Positions 46,244-57,400 of a stretch of 64,000 nucleotides of DNA are shown here, piece after piece. The notes beneath the pieces are model-generated. The model had not been told where the DNA came from. It made no database searches and was given only the letters and a program-made list of their open reading frames with translations. Position 1 is the stretch's first letter; each line of letters begins with the position of its first letter. The DNA comes from an uncultured delta proteobacterium (GTDB lineage: Bacteria; Bdellovibrionota; FAC87; UBA2466), in the NCBI GenBank assembly GCA_963778115.1, contig CAVZSV010000004.1, positions 800,001 through 864,000 of the forward strand, read 5' to 3'. The position numbers were made by a program, and so were the translations under genes.

Positions 46244-46828
46244 TTAACCTTCTTTATCCTTTTTCTTGGACTTGCTACCGGCCTTATCTTCTACTTTATC
46301 GACCGGCTTGTCAGAAACCTTTTTCTCTTTAGGCTTCTTGCTAGAAGTCTCAGAAGACGCTTCTACCTTCTTCTTGCTATCTGATTTGGCCGATTTCTTG
46401 GCCTTAGCGTCTTTGTCCTTCTTGGAGGACTTTTCGGTCACTTCAGGAATATAACGAATGACGCACATCTCGGCGTTATCGCCGGGACGGTTTTTAGCCA
46501 GACGAAGAATTTGGGTATATCCCCCTGGGCGGTCCTTAAATCGAGGAACCAGATTGGAATAGACTCGCTCAATAGCCGATCGCACACGATTCGTTCCGTT
46601 ATGGGTTTCCGTACTTCCCAATAGGCTAATGATCCGGCGACGAGAATGAACGTCTCCGTATTTTGCCAAAGTCACGATGCGTTCTGCATACCAACGAAGT
46701 TCTTTGGCTCGAGCCGGAGTGGTACGAATCGCGTCGCGCTCAATAATGGCGATCGCCAAATTACGCAAAAGTGCTTTGCGATGAGGCGAACTAACTCCGA
46801 GCTTTCTGCCTGTTTGAAAGTGATTCAT
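46244..46828 (-). CDS. rplQ: 50S ribosomal protein L17 with Lys-rich C-terminal tail
   Basis: HRKALLRNL, IRTTPARAKE, RPGGYT, GDNAEM. Confidence 0.95.
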   Translation of the reverse strand: MNHFQTGRKLGVSSPHRKALLRNLAIAIIERDAIRTTPARAKELRWYAERIVTLAKYGDVHSRRRIISLLGSTETHNGTNRVRSAIERVYSNLVPRFKDRPGGYTQILRLAKNRPGDNAEMCVIRYIPEVTEKSSKKDKDAKAKKSAKSDSKKKVEASSETSSKKPKEKKVSDKPVDKVEDKAGSKSKKKDKEG

Positions 46829-46862
46829 AGCAAGTAATTCCCACGAAAATAATTCGACTGAC

Positions 46863-47903
46863 CTAGTTCAGGGTATCCGAACCATCCTTCTTCTTCTTCT
46901 GTGCAAAATAATTTTCGGGATCGAAGTTCTCAACTTTTACGCCGAAACCCAGTCCCATCTCTGTCAAAATTTCTTTGATTTCATTGAGAGACTTGCGACC
47001 AAAGTTCTTGGTCTTGAGCATCTCGGCTTCCGTTTTCTGCACCAACTCACCGATATACTTTATTCCAGCATTCTGTAAGCAGTTGGCCGAACGAACCGAG
47101 AGTTCGAGTTCGTCCACCGTGCGATAGAGATTTTCGTTAATCTTCTCTTTCTCTACCACCGGCTCAGGAATTTCGGGCTCGAGCGTCTCATCAAAGTTGA
47201 TGAAGATGTTCAGCTGATCCTTCAAAATTTTGGAACTATAAGCCACAGCGTCTTCTGGCCGAACCGAACCGTCCGTCCAAACTTCCAGCTCTAGTTTGTC
47301 ATAGTCAGTGCGCTGTCCGACGCGAGCATGACCGACCATGAAATTAACTTTGCGAATAGGAGAGAAGAAAGCGTCGATCGGAATCACACCCGCCGCTAAG
47401 TCTTCGCGGCGAAGGTTTTCAGACGACACATATCCTTTACCGTACTCCAAACGAAGCTCAGCGCGGAATTTACCTTCTTTCCCAAGATTGCAAATGACTT
47501 GATCTGGATTCAACACTTCGACCGTGTCATCGACTTGAATGTCGCTCGCAGTCACTACACCGGGTCCTTTTTTCTCCACGGTAACGGTTTTTGGACCTTC
47601 CACATAGAGCTTAAACCGAACCTCTTTGAGATTCAAAATGATATCGGCTACATCTTCCATGGCGTCTGGAATCGTCGAGAACTCGTGAAGAACTCCATCA
47701 ATTCGAACCGCCGTAATCGCCACACCTTGTAATGAGGACAGCAAAATCCGCCGAAGTCCATTTCCAATCGTGGTGCCGTATCCTCGTTCGAGCGGCTTAG
47801 CGATAAATTTCCCGTAGTTGTCCGTGAGGCTATCGCGTTCAATCTCTAGACCTTTGGGTTTAATCAAACTACGCCAGTTTTTTGGGGCAAGCGTTATATC
47901 CAT
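46863..47903 (-). CDS. rpoA: RNA polymerase subunit alpha
   Basis: [43 protein letters not shown]; start MDITL at 47903. Confidence 0.97.
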   Translation of the reverse strand: MDITLAPKNWRSLIKPKGLEIERDSLTDNYGKFIAKPLERGYGTTIGNGLRRILLSSLQGVAITAVRIDGVLHEFSTIPDAMEDVADIILNLKEVRFKLYVEGPKTVTVEKKGPGVVTASDIQVDDTVEVLNPDQVICNLGKEGKFRAELRLEYGKGYVSSENLRREDLAAGVIPIDAFFSPIRKVNFMVGHARVGQRTDYDKLELEVWTDGSVRPEDAVAYSSKILKDQLNIFINFDETLEPEIPEPVVEKEKINENLYRTVDELELSVRSANCLQNAGIKYIGELVQKTEAEMLKTKNFGRKSLNEIKEILTEMGLGFGVKVENFDPENYFAQKKKKDGSDTLN

Positions 47904-47916
47904 CGTTTTCGTTCCT

Positions 47917-48546
47917 TTATCTGGAGTACAGCTCCACAACTAAATTTTCTTCGATCGGAACCGTAATGTGATTCCGCTCTGGCAAATACTTCACGCTTCC
48001 CCTTAAACTCAGCCGCATTCAGTTCAACCCAATCCGGTGTCTCCCGTTTCTTTACATTTTCCATCGCACGAAAAATAGGGACTGCCTTTTGGCTCTTCGG
48101 CCGGACGCTGATTTCGTCATTAACTCGAAGAAGATAATTCGGAATATTGACAGGCTTTCCATTCACCAGAAAATGCGGAGTGAAGGACGAGCTGGCGTGC
48201 TTCTTTCCGGCTGTCGGCAAAACCAATTCGGTAGACTACGTTATCCAAACGGATTTCACACGACGAAGAGATTGAGACCGGTGGCCCCTTTTGCCGTTCG
48301 GCGACTTCAAAATATCTTTGAAACTGCCGCTCCAATACCCCATAAAGACGCTTCACCTTTTGCTTCTCCCGCAATTGCAAACCGTAATCGGAAAGCTTGG
48401 TCCGACGTTGCCCATGTTGTCCTGGAGGATAGGCACGACGCTCGAAACGCGCACTTGTCGCTAAAACAGCTGTCGCCCTTGAAGGAAAAAGTTTCATGTT
48501 TTCACGACGGCAAAACTTACAAACCGATGAAGTACGATCTAGCCAA
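47917..48546 (-). CDS. rpsD: 30S ribosomal protein S4 (several indels)
   Basis: TTG start after [39 protein letters not shown] and VVELYSR spread over frames. Confidence 0.9.
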
Positions 48547-48560
48547 AGATAAACTCCTAA

Positions 48561-48990
48561 CTAAACACGCCGACGTTTCGGCGGGCGGCATCCATTGTGA
48601 GGAATGGGCGTGATGTCCCGAATGAACGTAATTTTAAGTCCCGCAACCTGAAGACCGCGTAACGCCGTCTCTCTTCCGGCTCCGGGGCCATTTACGAAAA
48701 CCGAAAGCGATTTCACACCTTGGTCTACCGCAAGCCGCGCCGCATCTTCCGCGGCTACTTGGGCTGCAAACGGAGTGCTTTTGCGAGCCCCTTAAATCCT
48801 TTTCGTCCCGCCGAAGACCAACAGATCACATTTCCCTGGGGATCTGAGATGGTGACAATCGTGTTGTTAAAAGAGCTTTGAATGAAAGCAACTCCCGCAG
48901 GGATTTCTCTCCTGGCCTTTTTCTTCTTCTTAGCTCTTTTTTCTCAGGTTCTTTCTTTTCCGCCTCGACAGGCTTCGTTTCAGTGGCCAT
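48561..48990 (-). CDS. rpsK: 30S ribosomal protein S11 (indels)
   Basis: [44 protein letters not shown]. Confidence 0.9.
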
Positions 48991-49010
48991 CCTAAATCAG
49001 GCTCCCTTGT

Positions 49011-49401
49011 CTATTTCATAACCTTAAGCTGTTTACGAACCGCAACCGTTTTGCGGGGTCCCTTACGCGTTCTCGCGTTGGTGTGTGTCCGTTGACCTCT
49101 ACCAGGCAGGTTTTTCCTGTGGCGAATCCTCGATAGGTTCCCAAATCCATCAGGCGCTTAATGTTCATCGAAATGGTTCGACGCAAGCTCGCCTTCCACC
49201 GGCAAAACTTCTTCTCGATGAATTCGCGAATCTCATCGATTTCGTCTTCACCTAACTGATCACGTCTTGCTGATTCGGATCCAGCATCGGTCGTGACGAG
49301 AATACGATTTCGCCCGGCTTCGGCCTATTCCAAATATATAGGTCAGCCCGACTTCAATTCGTTTATTCCTTGGGGAGATCTACTCCGGCAATTCGAGCCA
49401 C
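49011..49401 (-). CDS. rpsM: 30S ribosomal protein S13 (indels)
   Basis: [30 protein letters not shown]. Confidence 0.9.
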
Positions 49402-49407
49402 TTCTGT

Positions 49408-49522
49408 TTACCCCTGTCTCTGCTTATGACGAGGATCTTCACACGATCACTCGGACCACGCCACCTCGCCTAAATATCCGACATTTATTGCAAATTTTCT
49501 TAACTGAAGCTCTGACTTTCAC
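49408..49522 (-). CDS. rpmJ: 50S ribosomal protein L36 (one extra base)
   Basis: [14 protein letters not shown]...[15 protein letters not shown]; 115 nt = 38 codons plus 1. Confidence 0.9.
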
Positions 49523-49546
49523 GACGCCACCCTAAAATAAAAATCC

Positions 49547-49576
49547 TATTTAGGACAATTCCCAATAAGTTGTCAA
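49547..49576 (-). promoter_or_regulatory. Sigma70 promoter candidate for the rpmJ-rpsM (alpha) operon
   Basis: TTGACA-N18-TAAATA upstream of rpmJ. Confidence 0.4.
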
Positions 49577-49690
49577 TTCCATTGCTTAAAGCCCAACGAC
49601 ACTAACTGATCTTTTTCGGGAGCGCAATCCGCCTTTTCCCCTTTTTTCGCGCTTTTTTTGCCCTCTCCGGGCCCCCTAAAATCCACTTGA

Positions 49691-49909
49691 CTACTTCGAC
49701 CGGTAGGTGATTCTGCCCCGGTTAAGATCATAGGGGGAGAGCTCTACCGTCACCTTGTCGCCCGGCAAGATTCGGATGTAATTCATGCGCATCTTGCCTG
49801 AGATATGGGCCAGTATCACTTTCTTGTTAGGTAACTCCACGCGGAACATCGCGTTGGGGAGTGGTTCAACCACCGTTCCTTCGACTTGTATGAGGTCTTC
49901 TTTAGCCAT
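49691..49909 (-). CDS. infA: Translation initiation factor IF-1
   Basis: [27 protein letters not shown]. Confidence 0.98.
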   Translation of the reverse strand: MAKEDLIQVEGTVVEPLPNAMFRVELPNKKVILAHISGKMRMNYIRILPGDKVTVELSPYDLNRGRITYRSK

Positions 49910-49917
49910 ACCCTTTC

Positions 49918-50706
49918 CTATTTCAGATGCCCGCTTAGCACGCTTCGATATTCCTGCGCATCCCAGTCGGTGAGAATTTCAGCGTCTCCCTCCGTGATGG
50001 CAAGAGAATGCTCGAAGTGTGCTGACAACTTGCCATCCGTGGTGACGGCAGTCCATTTGTCTCCCAGCACTTTGACGCTGGGAGTTCCCAGATTAATCAT
50101 GGGCTCGATACAAATCGTCATCCCAGCGCGCAATTTCAAATTCGACGCACCGGCCTCATAGTTAGGAATCTGAGGATCTTCGTGAAGCTTCTCTCCGATT
50201 CCGTGTCCCACAAACTCTCTGACCACACCGTATCCGAAAGGCTTTACGGTTCCCTCGACGGCGCGCGCGATGTCTTTTAATGTATTTCCAGCACGTGCTG
50301 CCGCAATTCCCGCATAAAGGGAATCGACCGTCGCTTTCATGAGAGATCTCGCCTCGTCGGAAACTTTGCCAATAGGAACTGTGATGGCACTGTCTCCATA
50401 GAAACCTTCGTATACCAAACCAAAATCCAATCCCACAATATCGCCTTCGACAAGTTTGCGAGACGAAGGAATTCCGTGAACCACTTGCTCATTCACCGAA
50501 GTACAAAGCGTATGTCGATAGCCCATGTAACCTTTGAACGCAGGCTTCGCCCCGAAAGAGAGCGTCATCTTTTCCGCTTCCTGATCGAGGTCTTCCAAGG
50601 TGACCCCCACTTGAGCGCATTGGTACAGATGCTTAAGAACCTTCGCCACGAGCTTCCCCGATTTTCTCATGATCTCTAGCTCGCGTTTTGATTTCACGTG
50701 CAACAT
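49918..50706 (-). CDS. map: Methionine aminopeptidase type I
   Basis: [38 protein letters not shown]. Confidence 0.96.
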   Translation of the reverse strand: MLHVKSKRELEIMRKSGKLVAKVLKHLYQCAQVGVTLEDLDQEAEKMTLSFGAKPAFKGYMGYRHTLCTSVNEQVVHGIPSSRKLVEGDIVGLDFGLVYEGFYGDSAITVPIGKVSDEARSLMKATVDSLYAGIAAARAGNTLKDIARAVEGTVKPFGYGVVREFVGHGIGEKLHEDPQIPNYEAGASNLKLRAGMTICIEPMINLGTPSVKVLGDKWTAVTTDGKLSAHFEHSLAITEGDAEILTDWDAQEYRSVLSGHLK

Positions 50707-51341
50707 CAGCTGAGAATTTTCGTTAGCGATTTTTGAACTTGCTCGACAGGAGCGTCTGCGGTGACCTGAGAGAGATTCTTGCGTGCTCGATAGTAATCTA
50801 GAAGCTGACTATTTTGCTGATTGAAAATTTGAAGTCGTCGTGTGACGACGGACTCGTCGTCATCAGCGCGCTGAATAAGTTTGCCGCCGCATTTATCGCA
50901 AATGCCCGATTTTTTTGACGGCAAGAAACTTACATGGAAAGGCTCCCCACACTTTTCACAAATGCGTCGCCCCGTCAGCCTCTCCACCAACATTTTCTCT
51001 GGCATATCAAAATAGAGAGCTTTGTTAACCATCGTATTCTTATTCTCATCGAGAGCTTTCGCTTGGGGAACCGTGCGCGGAAAGCCGTCCAAGATTACTT
51101 TAGCGCCACCTTTAGATTTCGCTAGAACATCAGCGATAAGCTCAATCATGATCGAGTCAGGAACGAGCTCTCCTCTATCGATAAAGCCTTTGGCCCGCTT
51201 ACCGACGTCAGTGCCTTCCTGAATGGCGGCTCGTAGCATGTCACCGGTGGAGAGATGGCGAAAACCCTGACTTTCGGCGAGTCGCTTTGCCTGTGTCCCT
51301 TTTCCCGAACCGGGGGCTCCAAGAAAAACGGTAATATCCAC
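50706..51341 (-). CDS. adk: Adenylate kinase (Zn-binding LID)
   Basis: GAPGSGKGT, STGDMLR, LDGFPRT, CEKC..CDKC. Confidence 0.97.
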   Translation of the reverse strand: MDITVFLGAPGSGKGTQAKRLAESQGFRHLSTGDMLRAAIQEGTDVGKRAKGFIDRGELVPDSIMIELIADVLAKSKGGAKVILDGFPRTVPQAKALDENKNTMVNKALYFDMPEKMLVERLTGRRICEKCGEPFHVSFLPSKKSGICDKCGGKLIQRADDDESVVTRRLQIFNQQNSQLLDYYRARKNLSQVTADAPVEQVQKSLTKILS

Positions 51342-51342
51342 T

Positions 51343-52659
51343 CTATCCTCGACGCCCGCGGAGCTTTGCGCTCTTCATAAAGCCTTCGTAATCGCGAGTC
51401 AGCAAGAACGTCTGAATCTGAGCGACAGTATCCAGGGCAACACCGACCAAAATGAGAAGTGTCGTGCCTCCGAAGAAGAAGGAGACCTTGAATTTATTGA
51501 TAAGGAAATCGGGTAGCAGACAGATAAGTGCAAGGTACAAGGCACCGCCACACGTTATTCTGGTCAAGACTTTATCGATATACTCGGCGGTGCTTTTGCC
51601 CGGGCGGATTCCAGGCACATAGCCGCCATACTTTTTCAAATTCTCAGCAACGTCTTCGGGATTGAAAACCACCGCAGTGTAGAAGAAACAGAAAAAGACA
51701 ATGAGCCCCACATAAAGAGAATAATACAAAGTTCCGCCTCGTTGGATCGTATCTCGAATAAACTCCGCTATGGGGTTAGAAGGTAGCATGGCGACGACAG
51801 TGATGGGTGCTGCCAATAATGAACTCGCAAAGATGGGGGGAATAACACCGCTCGTGTTGATCTTAAGCGGCAAATGGGTGGCCTGCCCCTGGTACATCCG
51901 TCGTCCGACTTGCCTTTTGGCATACTGAACGGGAATGCGACGCTGACCTTGCTCGAGAAAAATGATGATCGCCACAACGAGGATCATGAAAGCGGCCAAG
52001 AAAACCAACATCAAAGGAGAAACCTGACCATCCTTCACCATTTGAAAGGTCTGATTTACCGCGCTGGGAATGCCGGCGGATATACCGGCAAAAATGATAA
52101 GTGAAATGCCGTTACCAATCCCACGCTCGGTGATCTGCTCTCCCAACCACATGATAAAAGAGGTACCTGCGGCGAGTGTCACCATGCTTAGAGCACGAAA
52201 AACTCCGGGATGCGCCAAAATGCCCGTTAGGTTCACCAAACGGTGGTCTTCAACACTGATAAGAACGCCTGTGATTCCAAAGGCCTGGAACATCGCTATG
52301 ACTACCGTGGCATAGCGGGTGTACTGATTAATCTTTTTTCGACCCATCTCGCCTTCTTTTGAAAGGCTGTTTAGGTAGGGCCAAACCACCGTCAAAAGTT
52401 GGAAAATAATCGATGAACTGATGTAGGGCATGATGCCCAGAGCGAAGATGGAAGCATGCTCCAAAGCTCGCCCAGAAAACATGTTCAACATGCTGAAGAG
52501 GGTTCCTTGGCTTTCACCGAAGAACTTCGACAGATTGTCTGTATTGATTCCGGGGACCGGAACGTGACAGCCGACGCGATAGATCGCTAGCATCCCTATG
52601 GTGAAAAGAATCCGGCGCCTTAGCTCCGGGATTTTCGTGAGACCTTCAACGGCTGCCAA
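51343..52659 (-). CDS. secY: Preprotein translocase SecY
   Basis: SIFALGIMPYISSSII, WLGEQITERGIGNGISL, PGIRPG. Confidence 0.98.
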   Translation of the reverse strand: MAAVEGLTKIPELRRRILFTIGMLAIYRVGCHVPVPGINTDNLSKFFGESQGTLFSMLNMFSGRALEHASIFALGIMPYISSSIIFQLLTVVWPYLNSLSKEGEMGRKKINQYTRYATVVIAMFQAFGITGVLISVEDHRLVNLTGILAHPGVFRALSMVTLAAGTSFIMWLGEQITERGIGNGISLIIFAGISAGIPSAVNQTFQMVKDGQVSPLMLVFLAAFMILVVAIIIFLEQGQRRIPVQYAKRQVGRRMYQGQATHLPLKINTSGVIPPIFASSLLAAPITVVAMLPSNPIAEFIRDTIQRGGTLYYSLYVGLIVFFCFFYTAVVFNPEDVAENLKKYGGYVPGIRPGKSTAEYIDKVLTRITCGGALYLALICLLPDFLINKFKVSFFFGGTTLLILVGVALDTVAQIQTFLLTRDYEGFMKSAKLRGRRG

Positions 52660-52662
52660 GAG

Positions 52663-53148
52663 TTACTCCTCCGTGCCCTCGCCGGGAAGTTTGATCTCCT
52701 CGATCTGACCGCCGGCTTGATTGATCTTCTGGATGGCTGATTTTGAGAATTTATGGGCCTTAACGATCAGTTTCTTGGTAATTGCACCCTCGCCCAAAAT
52801 TTTTACAAAGCCGCCTTTAGCTCGAACCAAATTCTTTTCAATCAGTTTCTCAAGATCTACAGTTTCGCCGTTTTCAAAAGCGGCGTCCAAAGCGGAAACA
52901 TTGATGACATCAAAGGCTCGTTTAAAGGGGCTCTTGAAGCCAAACTTAGGAATACGACGCCACAAAGGAGACTGACCTCCTTCAAATCCTCGCGGTCGCC
53001 CCTTACCAGCGCGAGCAGTTTGGCCTTTGCCGCCACGACCTGCGGTCTTTCCTAAACCCGAACCCGTTCCACGACCAACGCGAATACGCTCTTTGCGCGA
53101 ACCTTCGGGAGCCTGCAAATTTGCTAACGTTAAAGACTCTTGCGCCAT
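52663..53148 (-). CDS. rplO: 50S ribosomal protein L15
   Basis: RVGRGTGSGLGKTAGRG, GFEGGQ, RIPKFGF. Confidence 0.97.
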   Translation of the reverse strand: MAQESLTLANLQAPEGSRKERIRVGRGTGSGLGKTAGRGGKGQTARAGKGRPRGFEGGQSPLWRRIPKFGFKSPFKRAFDVINVSALDAAFENGETVDLEKLIEKNLVRAKGGFVKILGEGAITKKLIVKAHKFSKSAIQKINQAGGQIEEIKLPGEGTEE

Positions 53149-53152
53149 TGGA

Positions 53153-53338
53153 TTAAGCCTCCAGCTCTTTCATCTCCACCAAATGGGGGACCTTAGCCAC
53201 CATTCCGCGAATTGAACCGTGATCATTATAGACGCGAACGTCATTTAGCTTTCTAAGCGCCAAAGTACGAACAATGACGCGCATCCACTCAGGAGTGCCA
53301 ATAACACTTCGAACTAATTTCACTTGAAGCTTTTTCAT
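53153..53338 (-). CDS. rpmD: 50S ribosomal protein L30
   Basis: VKLVRSVIG..RGMVAKVPHLV; position between rpsE and rplO. Confidence 0.93.
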   Translation of the reverse strand: MKKLQVKLVRSVIGTPEWMRVIVRTLALRKLNDVRVYNDHGSIRGMVAKVPHLVEMKELEA

Positions 53339-53353
53339 AGAACCCAATTCTTC

Positions 53354-53860
53354 TTAGTGAGCCAGCGGTTCGTCCGCGGCTCGTTCTCTTTGTACATCTT
53401 CAGGATTTCTCAATCCACGCAACCCGTTCAGCGTCGCTCTTACCAAGTTATGAGGATTATTAGTCCCAAATGACTTCGTTAAGGCGTTGCGAATACCGGC
53501 GACTTCCAAAACGGCTCGACAGGCTCCGCCCGCAATAATACCCGTTCCGTCGTTGGCTGGCATCAATAGAACCTGAGCGGCTCCATACTTTCCCAAAATC
53601 TGATGGGGAAACGTTCCGTTCATCAGCGGAATGGCTAATAGATTTTTTCGGGCCGACTCTCCCGCTTTACGGATAGCTTCCGGCACCTCTCGGGCTTTGC
53701 CCAAACCGACTCCGACATGTCCTCCGTTATCGCCGACAACGACGATGACACTAAAACTAAAACGCCGACCGCCCTTGACTACTTTGGCAACACGGTTGAT
53801 GTGAACAATTCTCTCCGCCAGATCGAGATCGTTAGGATTGGCTCTTCGTGCTTCGTTCAT
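53354..53860 (-). CDS. rpsE: 30S ribosomal protein S5
   Basis: [26 protein letters not shown]. Confidence 0.97.
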   Translation of the reverse strand: MNEARRANPNDLDLAERIVHINRVAKVVKGGRRFSFSVIVVVGDNGGHVGVGLGKAREVPEAIRKAGESARKNLLAIPLMNGTFPHQILGKYGAAQVLLMPANDGTGIIAGGACRAVLEVAGIRNALTKSFGTNNPHNLVRATLNGLRGLRNPEDVQRERAADEPLAH

Positions 53861-54243
53861 TAGAAATTAAGACCTGCCTCTCTTGCTCCATCGGCGACGG
53901 CTTTAATACGCCCATGATAATTGTAGCCGTTTCGGTCAAAGACCACTCGATCGACTTTGCTTTCCAATGCTCTTTTTCCAATGAGCTTTCCTAGCTCCTT
54001 GGCCGATTCTAAATTTTTCTTAACACCCTTGCCTGGAAACGCTTTTTCCATCGTACTTGCTTGCACGAGAGTGTGAGCTTTCAGGTCGTCAATGATCTGG
54101 GCGTACATAAATTTGTTACTGCGGTAGACCACCAATCGTGCGATCAGTCCTTTTTGGGAACTGAGTTTCTTGGTAATTCGAGACTTCTTTCGGAAGCGAA
54201 TCACTTGTCGCTGATTAGTATGGGGTCGAATTAGCTTAGCCAT
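53860..54243 (-). CDS. rplR: 50S ribosomal protein L18
   Basis: [27 protein letters not shown]. Confidence 0.96.
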   Translation of the reverse strand: MAKLIRPHTNQRQVIRFRKKSRITKKLSSQKGLIARLVVYRSNKFMYAQIIDDLKAHTLVQASTMEKAFPGKGVKKNLESAKELGKLIGKRALESKVDRVVFDRNGYNYHGRIKAVADGAREAGLNF

Positions 54244-54247
54244 GACG

Positions 54248-54799
54248 TTACTTCGCGCCTCCTGCACCGGCGGTCTTACCCTGCTTCAAGGTAATGACTT
54301 CACCGAGATAACGAATACCTTTTCCCTTATACGGCTCCGGAGGTCTGACCTTTCTGAGCTTCGCGGCAATAAGCCCTAGTAACTCCTTGTCCGCGCCTTT
54401 AAGTGTGATCTTGGTATTGGCATCCACGGTAGCCTGAATACCCGCGGGTAAAGGAAATTCGACGGGATGAGAAAAACCAAGCTGCATCGTGAGCTTGCTT
54501 CCCTGGGCCTGGGCACGATAACCGACGCCTTGGAGTTCCAACTCTTTGGTGTAACCCTGACTTACGCCAAGGACCATGTTGGAAATCAAAGTACGGCAGA
54601 GGCCGTGGAGTGACCGCTTAGTGTCGTCCTGTGAAAGGTTGATGACGTTAACTTCCTCACCCTTTACTTCGACAGATACGGAAGTGGGCAACGCCTTTTT
54701 TAGCGTGCCATTCTTTCCCCCAACTTCGACAAAAGGAGCTTTAAAGCTGACCTTAACGCCTTGCGGGAGCTTTATCGGTTTTTTTCCAACTCTAGACAT
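54248..54799 (-). CDS. rplF: 50S ribosomal protein L6
   Basis: MSRVGKKPI, GVGYRA, RPPEPYKGKGIRY. Confidence 0.97.
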   Translation of the reverse strand: MSRVGKKPIKLPQGVKVSFKAPFVEVGGKNGTLKKALPTSVSVEVKGEEVNVINLSQDDTKRSLHGLCRTLISNMVLGVSQGYTKELELQGVGYRAQAQGSKLTMQLGFSHPVEFPLPAGIQATVDANTKITLKGADKELLGLIAAKLRKVRPPEPYKGKGIRYLGEVITLKQGKTAGAGGAK

Positions 54800-54806
54800 G
54801 AAATCC

Positions 54807-55202
54807 TCACCAAATCGAACAAAGCAGTTCGCCACCCAGTTTGTTTTCTCTAGCCAAATTATCCGACATCACCCCTTTGGAGGTGGAGACGATGGCAACG
54901 CCGATACCGCCTAAGATTTTAGGAATCTTGGTGTAAGGAGCATAAACCCGACAACTGGGCTTACTGATTCGCTTGATCCCTTGAATGACAGGACGACCCT
55001 TGCCCGCATACTTTAGATAGATGCGCAGGACGCCCTTATCATTTTCACGGAACAACTTATAGTTGCGAATGAAACCGTCTCGCTTCCAAATATCGACGAT
55101 AGACACCTTCATTTGAGATGCCGGCATATCGACTTTACGCTGACGCGCTTTGGTTGCGTTTCTTACTCTCGTCAATAAATCACTGATAGGATCGGTCGTC
55201 AT
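54807..55202 (-). CDS. rpsH: 30S ribosomal protein S8
   Basis: DPISDLLTRVRN, RISKPS, STSKGVM, GGELLCSIW. Confidence 0.97.
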   Translation of the reverse strand: MTTDPISDLLTRVRNATKARQRKVDMPASQMKVSIVDIWKRDGFIRNYKLFRENDKGVLRIYLKYAGKGRPVIQGIKRISKPSCRVYAPYTKIPKILGGIGVAIVSTSKGVMSDNLARENKLGGELLCSIW

Positions 55203-55224
55203 AATCACTCTCTCAAAAACTAAC

Positions 55225-55419
55225 TTACCAACTGGCCTTAATGACCCCGGGGATCGATCCCTCGAGGGCTAATTTACGAAAACAGAGACGGCAAAGATGA
55301 AACTTCCGCAGGAAAGCCCTGGCACGACCACAACGGGGACAACGGTTATACCTTTGCGTTTTGAACTTCGGATTCTTAAGCTTTCGTGCAGCACTTACTC
55401 TCTTAGAGGTCTTAGCCAT
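55225..55419 (-). CDS. rpsN: 30S ribosomal protein S14, Zn-binding type
   Basis: CPRCGR...[14 protein letters not shown]. Confidence 0.96.
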   Translation of the reverse strand: MAKTSKRVSAARKLKNPKFKTQRYNRCPRCGRARAFLRKFHLCRLCFRKLALEGSIPGVIKASW

Positions 55420-55440
55420 TCTCTATTCCCTTCGCTCCCT

Positions 55441-55989
55441 TTATTTCTTCCGGAACGGGATCCCCATCTTCTCTAGAAGTTGGTACCCTTCCTTGTCCGT
55501 CAAAGCAGAGGTGGCAAAAATCACGTTCATGCCACGCATTTTGTCTACTTTGTCGTAATTGATTTCAGGAAAAATAATCTGTTCTTTGAGTCCCATCGCA
55601 TAATTGCCTTTTCCATCGAATCCGGTCGGCGAAAGGCCACGGAAGTCTCGAACACGAGGCAAAGCGACGTTGGTCAAACGATCCAAAAATTCGTACATCC
55701 GCGGGCCGCGCAGCGTGGCAATACAGCCTAGCGGCATCCCCTCACGAAGCTTAAAAGCCGCAATCGACTTTTTGGCGCGAGTCATCTTAGGCTTTTGGCC
55801 GGTGATCATGGAGACTTCTTCCATGGCCCGTTCCATCACTTTGATATCGGAGGTGGCCTCTTTCAGGCACATGCTCACAATGATCTTTTTAAGACGGGGA
55901 CACTGCATGGGATTGCCGTAATTGAACTCCTTCATGAGTTCCGGAACGACCTTCTTATGATAATGCTCTAAAAGCCTTGGTTTAGTCAT
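55441..55989 (-). CDS. rplE: 50S ribosomal protein L5
   Basis: ITGQKP, FKLREG, LPRVRDFRG, EQIIFPEI. Confidence 0.97.
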   Translation of the reverse strand: MTKPRLLEHYHKKVVPELMKEFNYGNPMQCPRLKKIIVSMCLKEATSDIKVMERAMEEVSMITGQKPKMTRAKKSIAAFKLREGMPLGCIATLRGPRMYEFLDRLTNVALPRVRDFRGLSPTGFDGKGNYAMGLKEQIIFPEINYDKVDKMRGMNVIFATSALTDKEGYQLLEKMGIPFRKK

Positions 55990-56038
55990 TTGATAACCTG
56001 TCTATAACTCAGCGTAATTCTTAATTTATTTACTCACA

Positions 56039-56368
56039 CTACTTATCGAGTTGAGTCTCGCATTTCCTGCAGACTCGAACCTTCTTGCCACCGTCGGAAA
56101 CTTTTCTCATGGTCCGCACTCCGCGTCCACATTTTTCACAGAACAACAATACGTTACAGGCATAAACGGGGGCCTCTTTTTCGACAATTCCACCCGGAGT
56201 TTGACCCGTGGGCTTGGTATGGCGCTTCACCATATTCAGCTTTTCGATAACGACTTGTCCCTTCTTGTGGTTCACACGAAGGACTTTCCCGGTCTTGCCC
56301 TTTTCCTTACCGAGCATGACCTGAACCAAATCCTTTTTCTTTAAATGGCTAACGGGATTGAGCTGCAT
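56039..56368 (-). CDS. rplX: 50S ribosomal protein L24
   Basis: GKEKGKTGKV, GGIVEKEAP. Confidence 0.96.
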   Translation of the reverse strand: MQLNPVSHLKKKDLVQVMLGKEKGKTGKVLRVNHKKGQVVIEKLNMVKRHTKPTGQTPGGIVEKEAPVYACNVLLFCEKCGRGVRTMRKVSDGGKKVRVCRKCETQLDK

Positions 56369-56745
56369 TACAGCACCTCCGGCGCTAGCGAGATGATTTT
56401 CATGTAACCGTCTTTGGAAGGAACCCGAAGCTCTCTGGCGATGGGCCCAAAGATACGCGTTCCAATCGGTTCCATGTTGTTGTTCAGTAGGACCGCGGCG
56501 TTATCATCAAAACGAATGTAGGAGCCATCGGCACGCGAAACCTCTTTCTTGGTTCGCACTACCACCGCCTTAGCTACACTCCCCTTCTTCACTTTTGAAG
56601 TAGGAAGCGCATCCTTGACGGAGACCACGATCACATCACCCAAAGAAGCATATCGACGTTTGGATCCTCCGAGTACTTTGAAGCACATAACCTGCTTGGC
56701 ACCCGAATTATCAGCCACCGTCAAATAACTAAAAGACTGAATCAT
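56368..56745 (-). CDS. rplN: 50S ribosomal protein L14
   Basis: [29 protein letters not shown]. Confidence 0.98.
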   Translation of the reverse strand: MIQSFSYLTVADNSGAKQVMCFKVLGGSKRRYASLGDVIVVSVKDALPTSKVKKGSVAKAVVVRTKKEVSRADGSYIRFDDNAAVLLNNNMEPIGTRIFGPIARELRVPSKDGYMKIISLAPEVL

Positions 56746-57029
56746 GACGTTACCCTTTTTTCCAAAATCTTATGCAGTCGGAAATTCTTATGTCGGGACA
56801 AAGGACGTGTCGATACGGCAACCACGCGATCCCCCGTCTTACTTTCATTTTTCTCATCGTGAATGAAGAAGGTCGACTTTCTTACCAAACTCTTGCCGTA
56901 AAGACCATGCTTGACCCGACGCTTCGTCTCAATGACGCGAGTCTTGTTCATCTTATCGCTAATCACGACACCCTCGACCGTTCGGGGCTGCTTTCTTGTG
57001 GCCGTTTCGGCCGCTGTAGTCGTCGTCAT
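56742..57029 (-). CDS. rpsQ: 30S ribosomal protein S17
   Basis: [21 protein letters not shown]. Confidence 0.96.
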   Translation of the reverse strand: MTTTTAAETATRKQPRTVEGVVISDKMNKTRVIETKRRVKHGLYGKSLVRKSTFFIHDEKNESKTGDRVVAVSTRPLSRHKNFRLHKILEKRVTS

Positions 57030-57400
57030 TTCTTCTCACCTTCCTGGCGTTTCTTCGACCTCTTCACAGGCTTGTCGGCTACGACTTTGTCTTCCACGGG
57101 TTTGTCACTGACCGAAGAGGCTTCGGCTTTGGGAGCCCGCTCTGACTTGGGCGCTTTCGCCCGTTTTGGTTCAGCCGGTGTTGTGGACACGGGAATAGAA
57201 GTCTCAGTACCCAATGCCACTTTTTGGTTCAACACGGTGAGACCGCGAGCAATATCTCTGCGAAGTTTCCTTAGTATGCTCGTATCCTTGGTCTCTGAAC
57301 TCTGGGTCTTAAATTTGGAGCGAAATAGCTCTTCTCTCCATTGATGAACTCGACTCTTGAGCTCTTCTACCGAAAAATTCTTTAGTTCTTTGGCATCCAT
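57026..57400 (-). CDS. rpmC: 50S ribosomal protein L29 with about 60-aa low-complexity C-terminal extension
   Basis: AKELK..EELF..LRRDIARGLTV; position between rplP and rpsQ. Confidence 0.9.
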   Translation of the reverse strand: MDAKELKNFSVEELKSRVHQWREELFRSKFKTQSSETKDTSILRKLRRDIARGLTVLNQKVALGTETSIPVSTTPAEPKRAKAPKSERAPKAEASSVSDKPVEDKVVADKPVKRSKKRQEGEKK

